From: the human T2T-CHM13v2.0 reference genome, Homo sapiens
Assembly (NCBI GenBank): GCA_009914755.4
Contig: CP068257.2
Coordinates: 23,200,001-23,264,000 of the forward strand
DNA length: 64,000 nt
Reading direction: 5' to 3'
Below, piece after piece: positions 53,104 through 64,000 of this stretch (position 1 is the stretch's first letter; each line of letters starts with the position of its first letter). The notes under the pieces were generated by a model. It was not told the origin of the DNA and searched no databases. It saw nothing but the letters and a program-made list of their open reading frames with translations. Made by a program: the position numbers and the translations under genes.

Positions 53104-53783
53104 AAAAATCAAGAAAAAGATAGTTATAGGAACCACAGGGGGAAGAGCAGTCCAGAAAAGTGTGGTAGCCCTTGGTTAATGTGAAGAAATTAAGAGAAGT
53201 TCAGTTTAGCTTCAGAGTATATCACATTGGATGATATCGAAGACAGACATGAATTCATATTTTATTTCAAGTAATAAGCAAACGTTGGCCCTTCATAAAC
53301 ATAAAAGATAAATTGTGCAATTTATATTTTTGAAAAGTCATTCAGTTTGCTGTGTTGATATTGCAGAGTTATATAAAAAGTGGGAAGACCCTTTCCGTGG
53401 CTGTAACAGTAAGATAACAGAGCTGATGGTGGCTTTCACTAGGGGAGTGGAGATGAAATTTGTGAGGACTCAGGGAGAACAACTGTGATAGTAATAGTGA
53501 TTGTAATATATAGTGGCCAAGGGTATTTACAACAGGAATTATAATGTTGCGTAATGGAATCTAGGTTAGACAAAAGAAAAAAGGAATGCCAAAAGATACT
53601 AAATCATCATGAAAATAGCATGAGAATAATGGCCTAAAACTTACAATGAAATTAAATAATTGAGATATTGAGATTTTTAAGCAAGTATTATGGAAGATAA
53701 GAGGTTGCAGTTGGGAAACAAACTTCTAGAAATAAAATTCCAAAGGTAGCCCAAAATCTGAAGATGATACATCCAGCAGGGGG

Positions 53784-54128
53784 CTGTCTTAGTCCATTTG
53801 AGCTGCTGTAACAAAATGCCTTAGACTGGGTCATTTGTAAACAGCAGAAATGTATTGTTCACATTCTGGTGGCTGGAAAGTGTAAGATCAAGTTGCCAGC
53901 AGACACAGTGTCTGTTGAGGGCTTGCTCTCTCCTTCACAGTTGGCACCATCTTGCTGCATCCTCACACGGTGGAAGGGACAAACAGGGTTTCTCAAGCAT
54001 CTTTTACAAGACCACTAATTCCAGTCATGCCCTCATCACCTCCTAAAGCCTCCACCTCTTAACACTGTCACAATGGCTATTACATTTCAACATAAGAATC
54101 TGTGGGGCACACCAACATTCAAACCTTA
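53784..54128 (+). mobile_element. MaLR LTR, MLT1-like (solo, diverged)
   Basis: 'ctgtcttagtccatttgagctgctgtaacaaaatgccttagactgggtcatttgtaaacagcagaaatgtattgttcacattctggtggctggaaagtgtaagatcaagttgccagcagacacagtgtctgttgagggcttgctctctccttcacagttggcaccatcttgctgcatcctcacacggtggaagg...acatttcaacataagaatctgtggggcacaccaacattcaaacc'. Confidence 0.7.
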
Positions 54129-56494
54129 ACAGTGTCCATGGCAGTGGATAGATAGGTAACTTGGAGGGGAAGGAAAGATAAATGATAACAAGACAGACTG
54201 AGGCAGTAGAGTGTTAGATAGTTAAGCTCTGCAGAGGTGGAATTCAAAGTGATTAATGACAGGCATTCAGGGAAAGGGGAACAAAGTCTTTAGTGAATTA
54301 GATGAAGTTAATAGAAGTTAAAAAATAGAGTCTGGACTTTTAAATATAATTGTTGAGCTTTAAAAGCAATCCAGAAGTTGAAGCTATAAACAAAGCTACA
54401 ATTATTCATTAAAGTACTATAAAACAAAGCAATCTTCTCATCTCAAATGTAGAGATAATTATATTTGATTTGAAATTACATAAATTGAATTTCAACCTTA
54501 GCATGATAAAGCCCTTTGAGAGTCTTAGAAAGAAGCTGCTACATATATACAACTTATTACCATTAGAAAAGCAACTTGACCCTGAAATCTGTGCTTGGAA
54601 TGCATTTTATTTTTCTAATTTATTATTTTAAGAGCAGTTGTAATACAAAATACAATTCCGTTTAAATAGATATATAGTATAGTATGACTTCAGATTTGTT
54701 TATTGTGCTTTATTATATAAGTAAAAGAAAAAATAATGTTTTCCTTAACAAAGCAATAAATTTATTGTGCAAAGGCAAAGATTGCTTCAGTTTGAATTTC
54801 TTGCCAAACCAGATAATTAGAACATACAAACAAGGGCTGATTTTTTTTCGCAGAATATAAAGACTGATATAAGGAGACATGCATTATTGGAAAGGCAATT
54901 ATACATCAAGAGTTTGTCCAAAAGAGAAGATGCATCTGGCGTTTCTAATTTGATATATGAGTAATCTGAGATTGAATTTATCACAGAAAAACCTGTAATC
55001 ATAGGACCTTTAGAAAGATCAAATTATGGGTGATCAGAAAGCATTAGCATCACCTGTGAATCAGGAATGCTTCTGCTCTAAGGAAAAGCCTCTTGATTCA
55101 AAACTTTTTCAATTTTTTTACCCCAGTTTTTTCTTACCACAGTTTCCATCAGTCTGGCACAAGAAATCTTTGGCTTAAAAAACAAATAGCAGGATAAGAA
55201 AATCTTAAAGTGCAAACTCTAAACACAATGCATAAATAAAGTTCGATATATTTAAAATATTTTTAATTTTCTTTGAGTTCCCTCCTAAATACTGGCTATA
55301 TTTCTTTGGGTTCCTTCCTAAATGTGAGTATCAGCTAACATTATAAAACAAAACATGTAATTAAAAATTTGGTTTCATTGCTAATTATCCATTCCTAGAA
55401 TTCTAGGCTGAAAGACAGTGCTTAGTTTTAATATTCGAGTAAGGTATTTCTAAAAAACATTATGCATCTGGAACAGTGGTTTCTAAAGTCCAGGGTTATT
55501 TCCACAGACTTACATTCTTAGCAGAGAAGTTTAGTTATTTATTGACATGGTAAATTATTGAGCTCTGAATTTTTGTTTCCTCTTCTCTGTGGAGGTAGAT
55601 GAAGTTAGATGAAGCAAAAGATGATTTCTACCACTCTGTATTCTTTGGATTCCAGTGATGTAACTTAACTCAAAAACTTATAAAAGCAAATGAAGTCCAT
55701 TGTACAAATGTGCAATGGAAATATTAAGACTTTGGTTGAAAGTTTGATTAAAATAAAACTGACATCATATAATTCTAACAGTGCTATCGAAGCCATGCAT
55801 CTGATAGCATTGCTGCTTTAATTCATAATTTATAAGAATGAGGAAGAGCTGGCTAACATGTCTGCATCTGTCAACCTTAATGTGTTATGATTACTAAAAA
55901 TCTGTAATTAAGTGAAGAACTGCTAGTCTTTTTTTGTGTTTGCGGACAGATCTTAAACAAATAAAATTCTATGGAAGTGATTTGACAGAGCCTAGGAAAG
56001 AGGAGGAATGCTATAGCATTAAGAGCTCATCCTCTGAGTTAGATAAACTATGTGTTCGTTCTGTCTTTCCCACTTATAGGGGTGTAATTTTCAGAAATTC
56101 AGCTGGTTCCCCTAAGCCTCATATTTGTTTGTAAAATATTATTATTAAATGAATAGAGTTTTGATAATTAAGTACATGTTATATATAAAACACTTAATGA
56201 CCTTCATGTAGTTGACCTCAGTATATTACATGTACATATACATAATACATGTATGCATATGTGTGTTTATATGTATACTTGTAAATGTTTTCTTATTATT
56301 AGATAGATACTCAAAATGGATTTTGCTCAGAGAATTTACATCACAAATATTATTGTACTCTATAGCTTCTTCCATTAAAAAGGCATGTGCAAAATTCAAG
56401 TTCATAAAACCATTTCTTAAGTAGCAGGAAAATCACCATCTCCACTATATTCTATTTTAAAATTTTCAGAAAAATCAGTTGACATTAAGATGGT

Positions 56495-56927
56495 GTATTA
56501 GTCTGTTTTTACACAGAGCTGCCTGAAACTGGGTAATTTATAAAGAAAAAAGGTTTAATTAACTCACAGTTTCACATGGATGGGGAGGCCTCAGGAAACT
56601 TACAATCATGGCAGAAGGTGAAGCAGGCACATATTACAGGGTGGCAGGTGAGAGAGAGAGAGAGAGAGAGACGGAAAGAGAGAGAGAGAGACAGACAGAG
56701 AGACAGACAGACAGAGAGACAGACAGAGAGACAGAAAGAGGAAACCACTGCTGATGAAACCATCAGATCTCATGAGAACTCACTCACTCTCACAAGAACA
56801 GCATGGGGGGAAACCACCTCCATGATCCAAACATCCCCCACAGGTCCCTCCCGAGACAGGTGGAGACTACAGTTTAGATGGCAATTCAAGATGAAATTTG
56901 GGGTGTGGACACAGCCAAACCATATCA
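56495..56927 (-). mobile_element. MaLR LTR of the MSTA/THE1 type (solo), antisense, carrying an internal compound microsatellite
   Basis: 'tgtattagtctgtttttacacagagctgcctgaaactgggtaatttataaagaaaaaaggtttaattaactcacagtttcacatggatggggaggcctcaggaaacttacaatcatggcagaaggtgaagcaggcacatattacagggtggcagg...accatcagatctcatgagaactcactcactctcacaagaacagcatggggggaaaccacctccatgatccaaacatcccccacaggtccctcccgagacaggtggagactacagtttagatggcaattcaagatgaaatttggggtgtggacacagccaaaccatatca'. Confidence 0.8.
56650..56741. repeat. (GA)n/(GACA)n compound microsatellite inside the MaLR LTR
   Basis: 'gagagagagagagagagagacggaaagagagagagagagacagacagagagacagacagacagagagacagacagagagacagaaagag'. It produces the spurious 'RERERRKERERDRQRDRQTERQTERQ' ORF at 56576-56935. 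Confidence 0.9.
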
Positions 56928-57566
56928 GATGGTAAAAGAGATTTCATTTGCCATGTAAATACATCACAAATGTAATCTTCTACCTTTTTGTGTCTACTTT
57001 GCTGCATGTCATTCACTCATTTATCTATCCCTTGGTCACTACAAAATATAGAAGTGCCTACTAAACCACATTGAATTACTCTCAGTGTGATTTTTAAAAT
57101 ATGCTCTAATATTGCTTTAATCAGACTGTCTCAATAACCATAGCAGCTCATTGTACAGCTGTTAGATAAAAAGAGTTTTACTTAATTGCCTTGAAGTTTA
57201 CTTGATTTTGGAACTGTACATATCTGAGTCACTGATAATGTTCTAGAAATGGTTTCTGCAAATTTGCAGATTAACAGACCGTTTCTATGGATTACTTATG
57301 TTTGAGTTCTGTAAATCTAATTTAAATAAGTAGCTGTTTTCCTCGATGAGCAATTTTATAAAGAAGCAACTATTAATGGGGATCTGTTTATGGATTATTT
57401 AATGTCACTATGAAGTTTTAAATTTTTTTCTTGGAGAACAGAAACACCAAATCTTAACAACAAACCAAATAAACAAACTTCTCAAACACTTAAATTAGAA
57501 AATAAAATTAGATAAGCATAATAAAATTAGAAAAATGTGATATTCTTATTATCTTGAAGATAAATT

Positions 57567-57626
57567 ATTTCTGCTCCATAATTTGTTTTTAGAATAATTT
57601 CTGCTCCATAATTTGTTTTTAGAATA
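57567..57626. repeat. Perfect 30-bp tandem duplication (2 copies)
   Basis: 'atttctgctccataatttgtttttagaata' occurs at 57567-57596 and 57597-57626 with no mismatch. Confidence 0.9.
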
Positions 57627-58852
57627 CTTTCTAAATAATGATTATTTACACATTCTACAGTAAATTATTCTTCTGTCTGCACATTGGTTGTTTCTAACTC
57701 TAGTGGGGAAAAGATTTTTACTGACTGATAATCAGCAAAATATAAAGTAACAAGAATACACCACCAAAATTTGAGAATACCAAGTGCTCTTTAAAACACA
57801 CTGATATATGAACTCTCATAATTTCCCCACATTATTTTTCTGAGATTGTTTCACAGGCAGAATTCTTAAGTTTCTAAGTACTGTGATTTCAGCATTTGGC
57901 ATCAGAAGAAAACAGCAGGCCTGAGAAGCTTATACTTACAATATTGAAAAAGAAAAGTGAAGAAGAAATTTTAGAAGCAGAATATGGGGAATGTAAAGCC
58001 CCTTTTTCACTGCATCATATGCAGACTATCTTAAATTTATTAATAATATATTAACAGATAAAGCCTTTATTATTTTTAGATTTCATGTTCTATCTAAATT
58101 CTTAGTGGGCTTTGCTTCTTTAGGATCCAGGTGATAATATTTGTCATGCACTCTTTCATAGCTACAAATTATGTAATATTTTCTTAGCACCCACTGAAGA
58201 CAAACTTTCTACCATTTCTCAGTGCCATTAAAGCACGTTGTACACATATGTATACCTTAAATTTTTAAAATGCCAGCAGCCCATGAAAATACAGCCCAGT
58301 TTTAGTCTGATATAATTTGGAGACTTCTTTTTGGCTATTGGACTTGACAACTATGGATAAAATCCAATTTGTCAAAATGCACATGATAAATTCTTACCAA
58401 GATAACACACTCTTTTGTAGGGTAAAAAGAAACTAATTTGTGCAATTGTATAAATTGATATTTTTAAAGGTTATCACCCAGTGACCTTATCATTAGCCTT
58501 ATTATTGCCAACTTGTCCTAAAATGTTAACTAGGACTTTGGTCTCTCTGGCAGAGCAAGAAACTCCATGCGGTAGAATCGTCGTGGTTCTTCATGGCCTG
58601 GCTAGGTGTGTGGATCTTTTCCAAAAGGAAAGCTAGGAGATAATTAATGGCTGGGTGCCATAATCTATAGTATATGAGTTATACGAATTGCCTAGAAATC
58701 CTAAATAAACCCAGGTTTTACACATTTTATAAAAAGATAAAGCTTTACAGATGTATCATGTTTTATATGTAATGTATAAGACGTTATAAACTGTACGAAT
58801 TTAATTTTTAATACAGCTTAGGTTTTGTTTCTAAACCCAGTGCTATAGACTG

Positions 58853-59200
58853 CATGGTTTCATCCCACCAAAATTCATATGTTGAAATCCTAACCTCCAA
58901 TGTGATGGTGTTAGGAGGTGCAGCCCTTGGTAAGTAATTAGGTCATGAGGGTGGAACCCTCATAAATGGGATTCGTGCCCTTATAAAAGAGATCTCAGAG
59001 AGCTCCCTCCTCTCACCATGTTAGGACACAGCAAGAAGACATCTATCTATAAACCGGGAGGGCAGCCTTCACTTGACATAGAATCTACTGGTGCCTTGCT
59101 CTCAAATTTTCCAGGCTCCAGAACTCTAAGAAATAAATGTGTGCTGTTCATGAGCTCCCCATTTTATAGCATTTTGTTATAGCAGCCCAAATGGATGAAG
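58853..59200 (-). mobile_element. MaLR LTR, MLT1-like (solo), antisense
   Basis: '...tcccaccaaaattcatatgttgaaatcctaacctccaatgtgatggtgttaggaggtgcagcccttggtaagtaattaggtcatgagggtggaaccctcataaatgggattcgtgcccttataaaagagatctcagagagctccctcctctcaccatgttaggacacagcaagaagacatctatctataaaccgggagggcagccttcac...ttccaggctccagaactctaagaaataaatgtgtgctgttcatgagctccccattttatagcattttgttatagcagcccaaatgg' is close to the reverse complement of the MLT1 consensus ('TGTGTCCCCCCAAAATTCATATGTTGAAGCCCTAACCCCCAATGTGATGGTATTTGGAGGTGGGGCC...'). Confidence 0.7.
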
Positions 59201-59470
59201 CCACCCTCTTTTTCAAGAACACAGTAAAATCTTGCCATAGTATGATTATAGAGAGAAAGATTTCAAAAGGGAAAGCATTTTTTAAATGACTAGTGCAAAG
59301 TAGGAAATTACCATTTTGTGGCACATAGAGCTAGCTAATACTAATAATTTTTAAGCTGGCTTTCAACTGCAGCTATCCAGGTGCCACACCTGTCATACCA
59401 GAAGCTGTCATCTGCCCTAGGCATTTTCCTCTTATTATAATTTAGCAGTATAAGTAAACCAGACATTTAT

Positions 59471-59523
59471 TTAGGTTGATGCAAAAGTAATTGCGTTTTT
59501 GTCATTGAAAGTAATGGCAAAAG
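59471..59523. mobile_element. Truncated MADE1 (Hsmar1-derived MITE) half-copy
   Basis: 'ttaggttgatgcaaaagtaattgcgtttttgtcattgaaagtaatggcaaaag' matches the first ~53 bp of MADE1 ('ttaggttggtgcaaaagtaattgcggtttttgccattaaaagtaatggcaaaaaccgc...'). The second half is missing. Confidence 0.6.
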
Positions 59524-62179
59524 TAATAGAAACATAATTTTTCTGTGTTTGTTGATAACAGAGAAAGAATTAACTAAATGTATCTTTGCACTTCTTTAGA
59601 CAATATTGCAATACAGTAATGAGGTAATGTCTATTGCTTTAGGTGGAGGCAATCTTATTCTTTAATAATTCTGAACTAATAGTTCAGAGCAGAAATTTCA
59701 GCTCAACCAACACAGCAAATAGCATCTCCCAAGACATTTATTTGCTTACTGGCACAACTGTTGGTGGTAATTATTTGGCTGATTTTCTTCCATAGAGGAG
59801 GTAATATTAGCAATGCTGCCCAGTCCTTGAATTGTTTCGAGTAAGGAAACTTTTATAATGAGGAAGTCAGTTCTATGTTGTGAATTACAAATAAGGTAAA
59901 TGAGGCCCATACTTAGTTTATGGGGTGGCAGGGTGGAGAGAAACAAAAGAAATTATTAGCTATTGACAAACAGGCAGGAAGGCTGTCCTATTGAAGACTT
60001 TGCTAACCACACAGCATGGGATAAAACTCATTTAGAGCAGTTGTGAATGGTGGAGGAACAAGTCTGGGCTTGATTTTGACATAGGGTTGATTTTACTAGT
60101 TAGCAGGAAGAAGTTAAATTAGGAGATCTACTACCAGCAACCACCAGGATCTTCTTGTCAGCCATCATAACCAGAGCAGTGTCCAAGTGAGGAGTGGATT
60201 TTGGGTCATATTTCTAGGGAGAAAAAGATAAATTAATATTATAAAGCTGTTTAGTGGGGGCAGCTGACATTTTCTAGTATTTGGTGACATAGATCTAAGA
60301 TGGTAGTTCTTGGCACTTAATAGCTAATTATTAGACCAGAAACCATGAAAAGGCTTTTCTAGTGAAGTTCCGGTGATGTTTCAGCTGGAGATCCTTGTTG
60401 TGAACCCCATCACCAGGCATTTACCTTGGCAAGGTTTGTCCAAGTTAACCCGTGAAAGGAATTCTGTTGACTCACTCTGATTGTTTGAAAAACATATAAC
60501 ATGAACCGCATAATGGTAGTACTTCCCAAATTTGTTTATATCACTATACACAGAAAATGTGACATTTATAGGCCACACTAGGGTTAACAGACAAGCCTGT
60601 CAAGGTTAAGGTGGGTGGTGGTGGTCGGGTGTGCTATGAGGCCTTGAGCCTGGCCATCCTGACTTGGCTCCTCTACCTGGTTCTAATCATACTACTTGGG
60701 CTATCTGATCTATCAAATAAATATCTCAGTACACTAATTAACACTTTATATGTACTGCAAAGAATCCAAAGCTCTTTTTCTGCAGCTGCCGTATTTTTAA
60801 GGGCCATAAGCAGAACATTTTGTAATGTAAACCTGGTTCAAATCATAGTACTTGAACATGGTATTTTGGAATTTCCGATTCAACATTTCAGGTGCTTTAG
60901 GAAACAATAGTGCTAATGAATTCAAGGTAAATGATAACTTTCTCTACCATAAGACTTGTGAAGTGTGTCCACACTTTACATTAAGAAGTATTTAAGTCAT
61001 TAAGTCGTTAAGAAGTATTCATACCTCGGGCCAAAATATTTTAGAAGAATCCTGCTGATGATCGCTGCATCAGACTTGGCATATGGGTCTGTTTTACCCA
61101 TTGTCAATATCATAAGTGCTCTTAAATTTTTTCAGGTGAACAAATGGAACCTGAATGCATTTACATGTGTGTTCCCAAGGGCAAAGTGGAAGAAAGCGAA
61201 CCCTTTTTATTTGTCTTGAGTGTCTCTCCCCAATCCCCTACCCTGTTGTTGTGGCTGACAATAAAGCATCTCCAATATTACTAATGAGACACTCTGGAGA
61301 AATTTGGGGACATATTATTCATGTTCAAATCATCCTGGTATTACCCCTTTATAGTATATGCCAGGACAAGGGTTATACAATAGAAACAGAATGAATACTC
61401 TAGTATTTTGAGCTACTATTGGGGAGCAACAAACACGACCTGAGGAGGGAGAAGAAAGACATCATGACTGTCTTCAAAGCTGCTTTCTCCTTCCCTTTTC
61501 TTTCCTTTTATTTGCTTGTAATTTAATTAGTGAAGGCCAGTATCTGAAAGAGCTGCCAAGAAAGACTGCTCTGTTGATAAAGTAGAAAGAGAAAGCAATT
61601 TAAGAGTGAGAAATAACCACAGCCTTGGCTGTGTTATTGGACAGAAAACCATCTTTTTTTTAATAGCCTAAGTAGAAAGAAACCATTAACAGTTTAGCTT
61701 CTCCAGGAGTAAGAAACCCTCATTATTTTAATAATTTTTCTCAGCCAAGAAGCACCCAAAGGCATTATGAAAGGGGTGATAACTGATGCTTTTTAATATG
61801 TAAGTGAACATTCTGTAGGAGAGCTGCCAATTCTGGCACCTGGGCAGAACACAGAGGCAAGGAGGAAATTTCACCACCTCACAGAGCACAAAGTGCAGAA
61901 TGGAAACCAATTTTATTTACTCTCTGACCTACTAGTCTGTTTCCTTTTTTATCTACCATGTATAGGTTTCACTTACTACCTTTTAAATACATTGACTTAG
62001 TTTATATCTATGTAGTCATACAGGTTATATTTAAATGACATTATTCACAGATCTAAAACCGTTCCTGGTAACAGGCATATCAAAAGGCAAGCATATCACA
62101 CAGCGTCATAACTAGACCTAATAATATGTTGCATAATTGAAATTTTCTGGGAGAGATTTCAAGTGTTCTCACCACACAA

Positions 62180-62318
62180 ACTGGTTACTAGGTAAAGTGA
62201 TGGATATGTTAGCTTGTTTGTGGTACTCATTTCACAAGGTATATGTGTATCAAAACACCACATTATATACTTTAAATATATACAATTTTTATTTGTCAAT
62301 CATACCTCAGTAAAGCTG
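62180..62318 (+). mobile_element. Ancient L1 (L1M-type) extreme 3' end fragment
   Basis: '...gatggatatgttagcttgtttgtggtactcatttcacaaggtatatgtgtatcaaaacaccacattatatactttaaatatatacaatttttatttgtcaatcatacctcagtaaagctg' parallels the L1M 3' end at 25560-25696 ('gattggatatgttaattaggttggttggggtcacaatttcacaatgtatacatatattaaattgtcatgctgcataccttaaatatatataacttttatttgtcattaatatctcagtaaagctg'). Confidence 0.6.
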
Positions 62319-63236
62319 CAGGCAGGGGGTGTGGGCAGGGGATCCAAGCATATCAAAAGTTTGTAACATGTTCATCTAGGCTACTGTTTTCAGTGTCATA
62401 AAAAATTGCAAAATAATACAGATACATAGATAAATTAGTAGGTATTGTAATTTTTTTCTTTTTTTTTCTTTGCAACTATTCTTTTCTCAGAAGGCTTTTT
62501 ATACATAGCTATTATTAATACTTCAGATGTTAATAAATAACTTATTGTGTCTGCTCAGATTTCTTAAATGTATTATTATTACCTAATATTTAATATTTAT
62601 GTATCACTTAACATTTAATTATTGATAATATATTATTAAATATGAATGTTTAATATTTAATTTATTATTATTTAAAAGTTAACTTATTATATTATATATA
62701 TCTCTCTCTCATTTAATGTTGGTAATACATTTCTAAAAACAGACATTCTGCTTGAGAATGTAAATAGAGAGGCTATTTTCCATTATTTTAAGAGGGAAAT
62801 AATTACAATTTACTTACAACGCTTGTCAATTTCTCAAAATGTAACAAATATACAGAAAAAATGTTTTAATATAAGTAACAAATAGTCTTGCCAAGGTGTA
62901 AAATGCCTAAAGCACCACTTCTGCTTTCTGATCACCAAAAATTAACGTAGTTGTTACCTACCAGATAAAGCAACGCAGCAATATATGCTCAAAACCAGTA
63001 GCACTTTCAATGTACCACTTCTTTGCTGACTTTTAGGGAGCTTTTCAAACCATTTACATGTGATTCTGATATTCCTCCAGTTGTATTGGAAGTAAAACCT
63101 ATAGACTTTTCCCCTTGGGGACTTTTACGTTCTGAGATATTAATATCATTTTTCCTACATGGTCATTAACTGAAACTCTAATTAAGAGTTAGATGTATAC
63201 CATTCAGTTTGTATCTTAAAAACTGAGGGGCATTCT

Positions 63237-63413
63237 GGCCGGGCGCAGTGGCTCACGCCTGTAATCCTAGCACTTTGGGAGGCCGAGGCTGGCGGATTGC
63301 CTGAGCTCAGGAGTTCGAGACCTGCCTGGGCAACCTGGTGAAACCCCGTCTCTACTAAAATACAAAAAAAAAAAAAAAAAAATTAGCCGGGTGTAGCGGT
63401 GTGTGCTTGTGGG
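63237..63413 (+). mobile_element. Alu 5' portion (left monomer, expanded A-rich linker, start of right monomer), 3'-truncated
   Basis: 'ggccgggcgcagtggctcacgcctgtaatcctagcactttgggaggccgaggctggcggattgcctgagctcaggagttcgagacctgcctgggcaacctggtgaaaccccgtctctactaaaatacaaaaaaaaaaaaaaaaaaattagccgggtgtagcggtgtgtgcttgtgg', after which the sequence diverges from Alu. Confidence 0.85.
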
Positions 63414-64000
63414 TATCATCCAATCCTTTGAGGGCAAGCATAGAACAAAAAGGCCAAGAAAGTGCAAATTTGCTCGTTTGAGCTGGGACATCCATGCTCT
63501 CCTGTGCTTAGACATCAGTGCTCCTGCTTCTCAGGCCCTCAGACTGAGCTAGGGACTTTTACAGCATTTGATCCCCTGCTTCTCAGGCCCTTGGGTTTGA
63601 ACTGAAATTACACTGCTGGCTTTTCTGGGCCTCTACCTCTAGAGAACACATGTTGAAACTTCTCAGGTTCCATAATTGCCTGAGCAAATCCCTCAAAAAA
63701 GTCACTTCCTATATGTCTTTCTATGTGTCTTATTAGTTTGTTTTTTTGGGGGAAACATGACTAAAACACCTACTTTGATATTTTCCACTGGAAACTAAGT
63801 TAATAAAAAAGCTTTGGGGCATTTTGTTTGCATCCAATTCTCATTCTATTTCTCTGCTCACCTTCCATCATCCTTTCTATGTTTCAATCTTTGATGCCAA
63901 GAAATACATCTTCCTCTTTGTGTTATCCGTGAAAGTAAAACATTCTCTAAATTTTGATTTTTGAAGCAGCAGAAAATAAAAACAGATGAGGTAGATACGT

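Noticed and set aside
56576-56935. 119-aa ORF rich in RERERRKERERDRQRDRQTERQ
   Set aside because: It is a direct translation of the (GA)n(GACA)n microsatellite embedded in a MaLR LTR. It has no start context and no coding signal.

Overview
This window is primate (most plausibly human) nuclear DNA. It is AT-rich (roughly 35-38% GC by eye) and dominated by interspersed repeats. I find no convincing protein-coding gene, rRNA, tRNA, CRISPR array or any prokaryotic-type system; the suggestion of a novel system is not supported by the sequence. About 13 Alu copies are recognisable, including one near-consensus AluY, and several have clean target-site duplications. At least 10 L1 fragments are present: two L1PA-type 3' ends with intact TSDs, a 2.8 kb antisense L1 body, and an older L1 split by a nested solo ERV-type LTR. 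About 9 MaLR LTRs are present (three THE1/MST-type and six MLT1-like). There is also a MIR, a Tigger-like fragment, a truncated MADE1, and several microsatellites. Every ORF in the supplied track is either repeat-derived (Alu antisense ORFs, L1 ORF2 remnants, translated microsatellite) or short, AT-rich and unsupported. No CpG island or promoter-like GC-rich segment was seen, which fits deep intronic or gene-desert sequence. The observations most worth a second look are retrotransposon-structural: an Alu-L1 composite sharing a single TSD pair (50756-51597), a ~140-bp near-perfect palindrome resembling a MITE (50507-50646), an L1 insertion with a duplicated 23-bp flank at its 5' junction (~9093-9692), a young AluY that may be polymorphic (12140-12467), and a solo LTR carrying tandem CCAAT/Y-box repeats (3842-4733). 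Family names below are from memory of consensus sequences, not from a database search; boundaries are approximate (about 10-20 bp).
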